Made by a program: the position numbers and the translations under genes. A stretch of DNA of 64,000 nt from the human T2T-CHM13v2.0 reference genome, Homo sapiens: NCBI RefSeq assembly GCF_009914755.1, contig NC_060939.1. One strand, written 5' to 3'. Under the pieces are notes generated by a model. It saw only the letters and a list, made by a program, of their open reading frames with translations. It did no database searches and had not been told where the DNA came from. Of this stretch, positions 25,801-40,800 are shown in pieces (the stretch's first letter is position 1; each line of letters opens with the position of its first letter).

Positions 25801-28800
25801 CCATTCCATACAGTTGCATTCCATTGGATTCCATGCTATATCTATAAATTCAATTCGAGACCATTGCTTTTGAGTCCATTCTATATGATTCCATTCCATT
25901 CAAGTCCATTACATTTGGTTAAATTCCATTCCATTCGGTTCAATTCCATTCCATTCCATTCCCTTCCATTCCATTCCAGTTGATATCAATCCATTCGATT
26001 CCATTCCATTCGAGCACATTCCATTCGAGTCCATTCCATTCGATGCCATTCCATTTGATTCTATTCCATTAGTCTCCATTCAATTCCATTAATCTCCATT
26101 CCATTCCATTCTACTCCAACTGATTCCATTCCATTCTATTCCTTTCCAGTCCATTTCATTTCATTCCATTCCATTCCATTCCATTCCATTCGTGTCCATT
26201 CCACTCCAGTCCATTCCATTCGTATCCATTCCATTCCAGTCCATTCCATTTGTGTCCACTGCATTCCATTCCACTCCATTCCATATTATTCCATTACACT
26301 CCATTCCATTCTATTACATTCATTTCCATTCAATTCCATTCCATTTGATTCCATTCCACTCGGTTTCATTCCATTTGAGTCCACTCCATTCCATTCCATT
26401 CCATTCAGTTCCATTCCATTCTGTTCCATTCCATTCCGTTCCATTACATTCCATTCCATTCGGTACCATTCCATATTGTTCCATTCGATTCCATTCGAAT
26501 CCATTCCATTCCAGTCCATTCCATTCGATTCCATTCCATTCATTTCAATTCCATTCCATTCCATTCCATTACATTCCACTTGATTCCTCTCCATTCCCTT
26601 CCACTGCATTCCGTTCGATTCCATTCCATTGCATTGCATTCCATTCCATTGGATTGCATTCCATTCGATTCCATTCCATTCGAATCAATTACATAGCAAT
26701 CCATTACATTCGAGTCTATTCTCTTCCGTTCCATTCGATTTCGTTCCAATCCATTCGATTCCATTCCATTCGATTCCATTCCATACTATTGCATTCCATT
26801 CGATTACATTATATTCGAATAAGTTCCATTCAAGACCATTTCTTTTGAGTCCATTCTATTTGAGTCCATTCCCTTTGATTCCATAACATTTGAGTCCATT
26901 CAATTCCATTCCTTTCGTTTCCATTCCATTTGATGCCATTCCATTCAATTCTGTTCTACTCGACTCCAATACATTCAATTCCATTCCATCCGATTCCATT
27001 ACATTCTTTTCATTTCTTATCCATTTCAAGCCATTCCACTCCATTCCATTCCACTCGTTTCCTTTCCATTCGAGTCCATTCCTCTCCAGTCCATTCCGTT
27101 CAATCCATTCCATTCCAGTCCATTCCATTCGAGTCCGTTCCATTCCAGTCCATTCCATTCGAGTCAATTCCATTCCATTCGATGTCTTTCCATAACGATC
27201 CATTCCATTCTATTCCTTTCGATTCCATTCCATTCTATTTCATTCCATTCGATTCCCTTCCATTGGACTCCTTTCCATTCGAGTGCATTCCATTCCGTTC
27301 CATTTCTTTCCGTTCTGTACAATTCCTACCGTTCGATTTCATTTTGTTCCAGTCCATTCTTTCGCGTCCATTCCATTCCATTTCACTCCATTCGATTCCA
27401 TTCCACTCGATTCCACTTCGTTCCATTTCATTGCATTCCATTCTATTCAACTCTATTGCCTTCCATTCCATTCCATTCCATTACATTCCATGCGATTCCA
27501 TTCGAAATCGAATCAATTACATTGCAATCCATTACTATTGAGTCCGTTTTATTCCAGTCCACTGCATTCTGGTCCATTCCATTTGATTCCATTCCATTCT
27601 ATTCCATTCCATACAGTTGCATTCCATTGGATTCCATGCTATATCTATAAATTCAATTCGAGACCATTGCTTTTGAGTCCATTCTATATGATTCCATTCC
27701 ATTCAAGTCCATTACATTTGGTTAAATTCCATTCCATTCGGTTCAATTCCATTCCATTCCATTCCCTTCCATTCCATTCCAGTTGATATCAATCCATTCG
27801 ATTCCATTCCATTCGAGCACATTCCATTCGAGTCCATTCCATTTGATTCTATTCCATTAGTCTCCATTCAATTCCATTAATCTCCATTCCATTCCATTCT
27901 ACTCCAACTGATTCCATTCCATTCTATTCCTTTCCATTCCATTTCATTCCATTCCATTCCATTCCATTCCATTCCATTCCATTCCACTCCATTCGTGTCC
28001 ATTCCACTCCAGTCCATTCCATTCGTATCCATTCCATTCCAGTCCATTCCATTTGTGTCCACTGCATTCCATTCCACTCCATTCCATATTATTCCATTAC
28101 ACTCCATTCCATTCTATTACTTTCATTTCCATTCAATTCCATTCCATTTGATTCCATTCCACTCGGTTTCATTCCATTTGAGTCCACTCCATTCCATTCC
28201 ATTCCATTGAGTTCCATTCCATTCTGTTCCATTCCATTCCGTTCCATTACATTCCATTCCATTCGGTACCATTCCATATTGTTCCATTCGATTCCATTCG
28301 AATCCATTCCATTCCAGTCCATTCCATTCGATTCCATTCCATTCATTTCAATTCCATTCCATTCCATTACATTACATTCCACTTGATTCCTCTCCATTCC
28401 CTTCCACTGCATTCCGTTCGATTCCATTCCATTGCATTGCATTCCATTCCATTGGATTGCATTCCATTCGATTCCATTCCATTCGAATCAATTACATAGC
28501 AATCCATTACATTCGAGTCTATTCTATTCCGTTCCATTCGATTTCGTTCCAATCCATTCGATTCCATTCCATTCGATTCCATTCCATACTATTGCATTCC
28601 ATTCGATTACATTATATTCGAATAAGTTCCATTCAAGACCATTTCTTTTGAGTCCATTCTATTTGAGTCCATTCCCTTTGATTCCATAACATTTGAGTCC
28701 ATTCAATTCCATTCCTTTCGTTTCCATTCCATTTGATGCCATTCCATTCAATTCTGTTCTACTCGACTCCAATACATTCAATTCCATTCCATCCGATTCC

Positions 28801-31800
28801 ATTACATTCTTTTCATTTCTTATCCATTTCAAGCCATTCCACTCCATTCCATTCCACTCGTTTCCTTTCCATTCGAGTCCATTCCTCTCCAGTCCATTCC
28901 GTTCAATCCATTCCATTCCAGTCCATTCCATTCGAGTCCGTTCCATTCCAGTCCATTCCATTCGAGTCAATTCCATTCCATTCGATGTCTTTCCATAACG
29001 ATCCATTCCATTCTATTCCTTTCGATTCCATTCCATTCTATTTCATTCCATTCGATTCCCTTCCATTGGACTCCTTTCCATTCGAGTGCATTCCATTCCG
29101 TTCCATTTCTTTCCGTTCTGTACGATTCCTACCGTTCGATTTCATTTTGTTCCAGTCCATTCTTTCGCGTCCATTCCATTCCATTTCACTCCATTCGATT
29201 CCATTCCACTCGATTCCACTTCGTTCCATTTCATTGCATTCCATTCTATTCAACTCTATTGCCTTCCATTCCATTCCATTCGATTACATTCCATGCGATT
29301 CCATTCGAAATCGAATCAATTACATTGCAATCCATTACTATTGAGTCCGTTTTATTCCAGTCCACTGCATTCTGGTCCATTCCATTTGATTCCATTCCAT
29401 TCTATTCCATTCCATACAGTTGCATTCCATTGGATTCCATGCTATATCTATAAATTCAATTCGAGACCATTGCTTTTGAGTCCATTCTATATGATTCCAT
29501 TCCATTCAAGTCCATTACATTTGGTTAAATTCCATTCCATTCGGTTCAATTCCATTCCATTCCATTCCCTTCCATTCCATTCCAGTTGATATCAATCCAT
29601 TCGATTCCATTCCATTCGAGCACATTCCATTCGAGTCCATTCCATTCGATGCCATTCCATTTGATTCTATTCCATTAGTCTCCATTCAATTCCATTAATC
29701 TCCATTCCATTCCATTCTACTCCAACTGATTCCATTCCATTCTATTCCTTTCCAGTCCATTTCATTCCATTCCATTCCATTCCATTCCATTCCATTCGTG
29801 TCCATTCCACTCCAGTCCATTCCATTCGTATCCATTCCATTCCAGTCCATTCCATTTGTGTCCACTGCATTCCATTCCACTCCATTCCATATTATTCCAT
29901 TACACTCCATTCCATTCTATTACTTTCATTTCCATTCAATTCCATTCCATTTGATTCCATTCCACTCGGTTTCATTCCATTTGAGTCCACTCCATTCCAT
30001 TCCATTCCATTCAGTTCCATTCCATTCTGTTCCATTCCATTCCGTTCCATTACATTCCATTCCATTCGGTACCATTCCATATTGTTCCATTCGATTCCAT
30101 TCGAATCCATTCCATTCCAGTCCATTCCATTCGATTCCATTCCATTCATTTCAATTCCATTCCATTCCATTCCATTACATTCCACTTGATTCCTCTCCAT
30201 TCCCTTCCACTGCATTCCGTTCGATTCCTTTCCATTGCATTGCATTCCATTCCATTGGATTGCATTCCATTCGATTCCATTCCATTCGAATCAATTACAT
30301 AGCAATCCATTACATTCGAGTCTATTCTCTTCCGTTCCATTCTATTTCGTTCCAACCATTCGATTCCATTCCATTCGATTCCATTCCATACTATTGCATT
30401 CCATTCGATTACATTATATTCGAAAAAGTTCCATTCAAGACCATTTCTTTTGAGTCCATTCTATTTGAGTCCATTCCCTTTGATTCCATAACTTTTGAGT
30501 CCATTCAATTCCATTCCTTTCGTTTCCATTCCATTTGATGCCATTCCATTCAATTCTGTTCTACTCGACTCCAATACATTCAATTCCATTCCATCCGATT
30601 CCATTACATTCTTTTCATTTCTTATCCATTTCAAGCCATTCCACTCCATTCCATTCCACTCGTTTCCTTTCCAGTCGAGTCCATTCCTCTCCAGTCCATT
30701 CCGTTCAATCCATTCCATTCCAGTCCATTCCATTCGAGTCCGTTCCATTCCAGTCCATTCCATTCGAGTCAATTCCATTCCATTCGATGTCTTTCCATAA
30801 CGATCCATTCCATTCTATTCCTTTCGATTCCATTCCATTCTATTTCATTCCATTCGATTCCCTTCCGTTGGACTCCTTTCCATTCGAGTGCATTCCATTC
30901 CATTCCATTTCTTTCCGTTCTGTACGATTCCTACCGTTCGATTTCATTTTGTTCCAGTCCATTCTTTCGCGTCCATTCCATTCCATTTCACTCCATTCGA
31001 TTCCATTCCACTCGATTCCACTTCGTTCCATTTCATTGCATTCCATTCTATTCAACTCTATTGCCTTCCATTCCATTCCATTCGATTACATTCCATGCGA
31101 TTCCATTCGAAATCGAATCAATTACATTGCAATCCATTACTATTGAGTCCGTTTTATTCCAGTCCACTGCATTCTGGTCCATTCCATTTGATTCCATTCC
31201 ATTCTATTCCATTCCATACAGTTGCATTCCATTGGATTCCATGCTATATCTATAAATTCAATTCGAGACCATTGCTTTTGAGTCCATTCTATATGATTCC
31301 ATTCCATTCAAGTCCATTACATTTGGTTAAATTCCATTCCATTCGGTTCAATTCCATTCCATTCCATTCCCTTCCATTCCATTCCAGTTGATATCAATCC
31401 ATTCGATTCCATTCCATTCGAGCACATTCCATTCGAGTCCATTCCATTCGATGCCATTCCATTTGATTCTATTCCATTAGTCTCCATTCAATTCCATTAA
31501 TCTCCATTCCATTCCATTCTACTCCAACTGATTCCATTCCATTCTATTCCTTTCCATTCCATTTCATTCCATTCCATTCCATTCCATTCCATTCCATTCG
31601 TGTCCATTCCACTCCAGTCCATTCCATTCGTGTCCATTCCATTCCAGTCCATTCCATTTGTGTCCACTGCATTCCATTCCACTCCATTCCATATTATTCC
31701 ATTACACTCCATTCCATTCTATTACTTTCATTTCCATTCAATTCCATTCCATTTGATTCCATTCCACTCGGTTTCATTCCATTTGAGTCCACTCCATTCC

Positions 31801-34800
31801 ATTCCATTCCATTCCATTCAGTTCCATTTCATTCTGTTCCATTCCATTCCGTTCCATTACATTCCATTCCATTCGGTACAATTCCATATTGTTCCATTCG
31901 ATTCCATTCGAATCCATTCCATTCCAGTCCATTCCATTCGATTCCATTCCATTCATTTCAATTCCATTCCATTCCATTCCATTACATTCCACTTGATTCC
32001 TCTCCATTCCCTTCCACTGCATTCCGTTCGATTCCATTCCATTGCATTGCATTCCATTCCATTGGATTGCATTCCATTCGATTCCATTCCATTCGAATCA
32101 ATTACATAGCAATCCATTACATTCGAGTCTATTCTATTCCGTTCCATTCGATTTCGTTCCAATCCATTCGATTCCATTCCATTCGATTCCATTCCATACT
32201 ATTGCATTCCATTCGATTACATTATATTCGAATAAGTTCCATTCAGGAGCATTTCTTTTGAGTCCATTCTATTTGAGTCCATTCCCTTTGATTCCATAAC
32301 ATTTGAGTCCATTCAATTCCATTCCTTTCGTTTCCATTCCATTTGATGCCATTCCATTCAATTCTGTTCTACTCGACTCCAATACATTCAATTCCATTCC
32401 ATCCGATTCCATTACATTCTTTTCATTTCTTATCCATTTCAAGCCATTCCACTCCATTCCATTCCACTCGTTTCCTTTCCATTCGAGTCCATTCCTCTCC
32501 AGTCCATTCCGTTCAATCCATTCCATTCCAGTCCATTCCATTCGAGTCCGTTCCATTCCAGTCCATTCCATTCGAGTCAATTCCATTCCATTCGATGTCT
32601 TTCCATAACGATCCATTCCATTCTATTCCTTTCGATTCCATTCCATTCTATTTCATTCCATTCGATTCCCTTCCATTGGACTCCTTTCCATTCGAGTGCA
32701 TTCCATTCCGTTCCATTTCTTTCCGTTCTGTACGATTCCTACCGTTCGATTTCATTTTGTTCCAGTCCATTCTTTCGCGTCCATTCCATTCCATTTCACT
32801 CCATTCGATTCCATTCCACTCGATTCCACTTCGTTCCATTTCATTGCATTCCATTCTATTCAACTCTATTGCCTTCCATTCCATTCCATTCGATTACATT
32901 CCATGCGATTCCATTCGAAATCGAATCAATTACATTGCAATCCATTACTATTGAGTCCGTTTTATTCCAGTCCACTGCATTCTGGTCCATTCCATTTGAT
33001 TCCATTCCATTCTATTCCATTCCATACAGTTGCATTCCATTGGATTCCATGCTATATCTATAAATTCAATTCGAGACCATTGCTTTTGAGTCCATTCTAT
33101 ATGATTCCATTCCATTCAAGTCCATTACATTTGGTTAAATTCCATTCCATTCGGTTCAATTCCATTCCATTCCATTCCCTTCCATTCCATTCCAGTTGAT
33201 ATCAATCCATTCGATTCCATTCCATTCGAGCACATTCCATTCGAGTCCATTCCATTCGATGCCATTCCATTTGATTCTATTCCATTAGTCTCCATTCAAT
33301 TCCATTAATCTCCATTCCATTCCATTCTACTCCAACTGATTCCATTCCATTCTATTCCTTTCCAGTCCATTTCATTCCATTCCATTCCATTCCATTCCAT
33401 TCCATTCCATTCGTGTCCATTCCACTCCAGTCCATTCCATTCGTATCCATTCCATTCCAGTCCATTCCATTTGTGTCCACTGCATTCCATTCCACTCCAT
33501 TCCATATTATTCCATTACACTCCATTCCATTCTATTACTTTCATTTCCATTCAATTCCATTCCATTTGATTCCATTCCACTCGGTTTCATTCCATTTGAG
33601 TCCACTCCATTCCATTCCATTCCATTCAGTTCCATTCCATTCTGTTCCATTCCATTCCGTTCCATTACATTCCATTCCATTCGGTACCATTCCATATTGT
33701 TCCATTCGATTCCATTCGAATCCATTCCATTCCAGTCCATTCCATTCGATTCCATTCCATTCATTTCAATTCCATTCCATTCCATTCCATTACATTCCAC
33801 TTGATTCTTCTCCATTCCCTTCCACTGCATTCCGTTCGATTCCATTCCATTGCATTGCATTCCATTCCATTGGATTGCATTCCATTCGATTCCATTCCAT
33901 TCGAATCAATTACATAGCAATCCATTACATTCGAGTCTATTCTCTTCCGTTCCATTCGATTTCGTTCCAATCCATTCGATTCCATTCCATTCGATTCCAT
34001 TCCATACTATTGCATTCCATTCGATTACATTATATTCGAAAAAGTTCCATTCAAGACCATTTCTTTTGAGTCCATTCTATTTGAGTCCATTCCCTTTGAT
34101 TCCATAACTTTTGAGTCCATTCAATTCCATTCCTTTCGTTTCCATTCCATTTGATGCCATTCCATTCAATTCTGTTCTACTCGACTCCAATACATTCAAT
34201 TCCATTCCATCCGATTCCATTACATTCTTTTCATTTCTTATCCATTTCAAGCCATTCCACTCCATTCCATTCCACTCGTTTCCTTTCCATTCGAGTCCAT
34301 TCCTCTCCAGTCCATTCCGTTCAATCCATTCCATTCCAGTCCATTCCATTCGAGTCCGTTCCATTCCAGTCCATTCCATTCGAGTCAATTCCATTCCATT
34401 CGATGTCTTTCCATAACGATCCATTCCATTCTATTCCTTTCGATTCCATTCCATTCTATTTCATTCCATTCGATTCCCTTCCGTTGGACTCCTTTCCATT
34501 CGAGTGCATTCCATTCCATTCCATTTCTTTCCGTTCTGTACGATTCCTACCGTTCGATTTCATTTTGTTCCAGTCCATTCTTTCGCGTCCATTCCATTCC
34601 ATTTCACTCCATTCGATTCCATTCCACTCGATTCCACTTCGTTCCATTTCATTGCATTCCATTCTATTCAACTCTATTGCCTTCCATTCCATTCCATTCG
34701 ATTACATTCCATGCGATTCCATTCGAAATCGAATCAATTACATTGCAATCCATTACTATTGAGTCCGTTTTATTCCAGTCCACTGCATTCTGGTCCATTC

Positions 34801-34850
34801 CATTTGATTCCATTCCATTCTATTCCATTCCATACAGTTGCATTCCATTG
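22900..34850 (+). repeat. ~3.6-kb two-unit (dimer) higher-order periodicity
   Basis: TTCTCTTCCG and TTCTATTCCG alternate in successive units (~23120 C, ~24920 A, ~26722 C, ~28523 A, ~30327 C, ~32133 A, ~33943 C). TTCCAGTCCATTTC occurs at ~26145, ~29750 and ~33360. CTGTACAATT occurs at ~23714 and ~27315. CGAAAAAG occurs at ~30421 and ~34037. Confidence 0.85.
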
Positions 34851-37800
34851 AACTCCATTGTATATCTATAAATTCAATTCGAGACCATTGCTTTTGAGTC
34901 CATTCTATATGATTCCATTCCATTCAAGTCCATTACATTTGGTTCAATTCCATTCCATTCCATTCCCTTCCATTCCATTCCAGTTGATATCAATCCATTC
35001 GATTCCATTCCATTCGAGCACATTCCATTCGAGTCCATTCCATTCGATGCCATTCCATTTGATTCTATTCCATTAGTCTCCATTCAATTCCATTAATCTC
35101 CATTCCATTCCATTCTACTCCAACTGATTCCATTCCATTCTATTACTTTCCATTCCATTTCATTCCATTCCATTCCATTTCATTCCATTCCATTCCATTC
35201 CATTCCATTCGCTTCCATTCCATTCGTGTCCATTGCATTCCAGTCCATTCCATTTGTGTCCACTGCATTCCATTCCACTCCATTCCATATTATTCCATTA
35301 CACTCCATTCCATTCTATTACTTTCATTTCCATTGAATTCCATTCAATTTGATTCCATTCCACTCGGTTTCATTCCATTTGAGTCCACTCCACTCCATTC
35401 CATTCCATTCCATTCCATTCAGTTCCATTCCATTCTGTTCCATTCCATTCCGTTCCATTGCATTCCATTCCATTCGGTACCATTCCATATTGTTCCATTC
35501 GATTCCATTCGAATCCATTCCATTCCAGTCCATTCCATTCGATTCCATTTTATTCCTTTCAATTCCATTCCATTCCATTCCATTCCACTTGATTCCACTC
35601 CATTCCCTTCCACTGCATTCCATTGCATTGCATTCCATTCCATTGGACTGCATTCCATTCAATTCCATTCCATTCGAATCAATTACTTAGCAATCCATTA
35701 CATTCGAGTCTATTCTATTCCGTTCCATTCGATTTCATTCCAATCCATTCGATTCCATTCCATTCGATTCCATTCCATACTATTGCATTCCATTCTATTA
35801 CATTATATTCGAATAAGTTCCATTCAAGACCATTTCTTTTGAGTCCATTCTATTTGAGTCCATTCCCTTTGATTCCATAACATTTGAGTCCATTCAATTC
35901 CATTCCTTTCATTTCCATTCCATTTGATGCCATTCCATTCAATTCTGTTCTACTCGACTCCAATACATTCAATTCCATTCCATCCGATTCCATTACATTC
36001 TTTTCATTTCTTATCCATTTCAAGCCATTCCACTCCATTCCATTCCACTCGTTTCCTTTCCATTCGAGTCCATTCCTCTCCAGTCCATTCCGTTCAATCC
36101 ATTCCATTCCAGTCCATTCCATTCGAGTCCGTTCCATTCCAGTCCATTCCATTCGAGTCAATTCCATTCCATTCGATGTCTTTCCATAACGATCCATGCC
36201 ATTCTATTCCTTTCGATTCCATTCCATTCTATTTCATTCCATTCGATTCCCTTCCATTGGACTCCTTTCCATTCGAGTGCATTCCATTCCGTTCCATTTC
36301 TTTCCGTTCTGTACGATTCCTACCGTTCGATTTCATTTTGTTCCAGTCCATTCTTTCGCGTCCATTCCATTCCATTTCACTCCATTCGATTCCATTCCAC
36401 TCGATTCCACTTCGTTCCATTTCATTGCATTCCATTCTATTCAACTCTATTGCCTTCCATTCCATTCCATTCGATTACATTCCATGCGATTCCATTCGAA
36501 ATCAAATCAATTACGTTGCAATCCATTACTATTGAGTCCGTTTAATTCCAGTCCAATGCATTCTGGTCCATTCCATTTGATTCCATTCCATTCTATTCCA
36601 TTCCATACAGTTGCATTCCATTGGATTCCATGCTATATCTATAAATTCAATTCGAGACCATTGCTTTTGAGTCCATTCTATATGATTCCATTCCATTCAA
36701 GTCCATTACATTTGGTTAAATTCCATTCCATTCGGTTCAATTCCATTCCATTCCATTCCCTTCCATTCCATTCCGGTTGATATCAATCCATTCGATTCCA
36801 TTCCATTCGAGCACATTCCATTCGAGTCCATTCCATTCGATGCCATTCCATTTGATTCTATTCCATTAGTCTCCATTCAATTCCATTAATCTCCATTCCA
36901 TTCCATTCTACTCCAACTGATTCCATTCCATTCTATTCCTTTCCATTCCATTTCATTCCATTCCATTCCATTCCATTCCATTCCATTCCATTCGAGTCCA
37001 TTCCACTCCAGTCCATTCCATTCGTATCCATTCCATTCCAGTCCATTCCATTTGTGTCCACTGCATTCCATTCCACTCCATTCCATATTATTCCATTACA
37101 CTCCATTCCATTCTATTACTTTCATTTCCATTCAATTCCATTCCATTTGATTCCATTCCACTCGGTTTCATTCCATTTGAGTCCACTCCATTCCATTCCA
37201 TTCCATTCAGTTCCATTCCATTCTGTTCCATTCCATTCCGTTCCATTACATTCCATTCCATTCGGTACCATTCCATATTGTTCCATTCGATTCCATTCGA
37301 ATCCATTCCATTCCAGTCCATTCCATTCGATTCCATTCCATTCATTTCAATTCCATTCCATTCCATTCCATTACATTCCACTTGATTCCTCTCCATTCCC
37401 TTCCACTGCATTCCGTTCGATTCCATTCCATTGTATTGCATTCCATTCCATTGGATTGCATTCCATTCGATTCCATTCCATTCGAATCAATTACATAGCA
37501 ATCCATTACATTCGAGTCTATTCTCTTCCGTTCCATTCGATTTCGTTCCAATCCATTCGATTCCATTCCATTCGATTCCATTCCATACTATTGCATTCCA
37601 TTCGATTACATTATATTCGAATAAGTTCCATTCAAGACCATTTCTTTTGAGTCCATTCTATTTGAGTCCATTCCCTTTGTTTCCATAACATTTGAGTCCA
37701 TTCAATTCCATTCCTTTCGTTTCCATTCCATTTGATGCCATTCCATTCAATTCTGTTCTACTCGACTCCAATACATTCAATTCCATTCCATCCGATTCCA

Positions 37801-40800
37801 TTACATTCTTTTCATTTCTTATCCATTTCAAGCCATTCCACTCCATTCCATTCCACTCGTTTCCTTTCCATTCGAGTCCATTCCTCTCCAGTCCATTCCG
37901 TTCAATCCATTCCATTCCAGTCCATTCCATTCGAGTCCGTTCCATTCCAGTCCATTCCATTCGAGTCAATTCCATTCCATTCGATGTCTTTCCATAACGA
38001 TCCATTCCATTCTATTCCTTTCGATTCCATTCCATTCTATTTCATTCCATTCGATTCCCTTCCATTGGACTCCTTTCCATTCGAGTGCATTCCATTCCGT
38101 TCCATTTCTTTCCGTTCTGTACGATTCCTACCGTTCGATTTCATTTTGTTCCAGTCCATTCTTTCGCGTCCATTCCATTCCATTTCACTCCATTCGATTC
38201 CATTCCACTCGATTCCACTTCGTTCCATTTCATTGCATTCCATTCTATTCAACTCTATTGCCTTCCATTCCATTCCATTCGATTACATTCCATGCGATTC
38301 CATTCGAAATCGAATCAATTACATTGCAATCCATTACTATTGAGTCCGTTTTATTCCAGTCCACTGCATTCTGGTCCATTCCATTTGATTCCATTCCATT
38401 CTATTCCATTCCATACAGTTGCATTCCATTGGATTCCATGCTATATCTATAAATTCAATTCGAGACCATTGCTTTTGAGTCCATTATATATGATTTCATT
38501 CCATTCAAGTCCATTACATTTGGTTAAATTCCATTCCATTCGGTTCAATTCCATTCCATTCCATTCCCTTCCATTCCATTCCAGTTGATATCAATACATT
38601 CGATTCCATTCCATTCGAGCACATTCCATTCGAGTCCATTCCATTCGATGCCATTCCATTTGATTCTATTCCATTAGTCTCCACTCAATTCCATTAATCT
38701 CCATTCCATTCCATTCTACTCCAACTGATTCCATTCCATTCTATTCCTTTCCATTCCATTTCATTCCATTCCATTCCATTCCATTCCATTCCATTCCATT
38801 CCATTCCATTCGTGTCCATTCCACTCCAGTCCATTCCATTCGTATCCATTCCATTCCAGTCCATTCCATTTGTGTCCACTGCATTCCATTCCACTCCATT
38901 CCATATTATTCCATTACACTCCATTCCATTCTATTACTTTCATTTCCATTCAATTCCATTCCATTTGATTCCATTCCACTCGGTTTCATTCCATTTGAGT
39001 CCACTCCATTCCATTCCATTCCATTCAGTTCCATTCCATTCTGTTCCATTCCATTCCGTTCCGTTACATTCCATTCCATTCGGTACCATTCCATATTGTT
39101 CCATTCGATTCCATTCGAATCCATTCCATTCCAGTCCATTCCATTCGATTCCATTCCATTCATTTCAATTCCATTCCATTCCATTCCATTACATTCCACT
39201 TGATTCCTCTCCATTCCCTTCCACTGCATTCCGTTCGATTCCATTCCATTGCATTGCATTCCATTCCATTGGATTGCATTCCATTCGATTCCATTCCATT
39301 CGAATCAATTACATAGCAATCCATTACATTCGAGTCTATTCTCTTCCGTTCCATTCGATTTCGTTCCAATCCATTCGATTCCATTCCATTCGATTCCATT
39401 CCATACTATTGCATTCCATTCGATTACATTATATTCGAATAAGTTCCATTCAAGACCATTTCTTTTGAGTGCATTCTATTTGAGTCCATTCCCTTTGATT
39501 CCATAACATTTGAGTCCATTCAATTCCATTCCTTTCGTTTCCATTCCATTTGATGCCATTCCATTCAATTCTGTTCTACTCGACTCCAATACATTCAATT
39601 CCATTCCATCCGATTCCATTACATTCTTTTCATTTCTTATCCATTTCAAGCCATTCCACTCCATTCCATTCCACTCGTTTCCTTTCCATTCGAGTCCATT
39701 CCTCTCCAGTCCATTCCGTTCAATCCATTCCATTCCAGTCCATTCCATTCGAGTCCGTTCCATTCCAGTCCATTCCATTCGAGTCAATTCCATTCCATTC
39801 GATGTCTTTCCATAACGATCCATTCCATTCTATTCCTTTCGATTCCATTCCATTCTATTTCATTCCATTCGATTCCCTTCCATTGGACTCCTTTCCATTC
39901 GAGTGCATTCCATTCCATTCCATTTCTTTCCGTTCTGTACGATTCCTACCGTTCGATTTCATTTTGTTCCAGTCCATTCTTTCGCGTCCATTCCATTCCA
40001 TTTCACTCCATTCGATTCCATTCCACTCGATTCCACTTCGTTCCATTTCATTGCATTCCATTCTATTCAACTCTATTGCCTTCCATTCCATTCCATTCGA
40101 TTACATTCCATGCGATTCCATTCGAAATCGAATCAATTACATTGCAATCCATTACTATTGAGTCCGTTTTATTCCAGTCCACTGCATTCTGGTCCATTCC
40201 ATTTGATTCCATTCCATTCTATTCCATTCCATACAGTTGCATTCCATTGGATTCCATGCTATATGTATAAATTCAATTCGAGACCATTGCTTTTGAGTCC
40301 ATTCTATATGATTCCATTCCATTCAAGTCCATTACATTTGGTTCAATTCCATTCCATTCCATTCCCTTCCATTCCATTCCATTTGATATGAATCCACTCG
40401 ATTCCATTCCATTCGAGCACATTCCATTCGAGTCCATTCCATTCGATGCCATTCCATTTGATTCTATTCCATTAGTCTCCATTCAATTCCATTAATCTCC
40501 ATTCCATTCCATTCTACTCCAACTGATTCCATTCCATTCTATTCCTTTCCATTCCATTTCATTCCATTCCATTCCATTTCATTCCATTCCATTCCATTCG
40601 TGTCCATTCCACTCCAGTCCATTCCATTCGTGTCCATTCCATTCCAGTCCATTCCATTTGTGTCCACTGCATTCCATTCCACTCCATTCCATATTATTCC
40701 ATTACACTCCATTCCATTCTATTACTTTCATTTCCATTCAATTCCATTCCATTTGATTCCATTCCACTCGGTTTCATTCCATTTGAGTCCACTCCATTCC

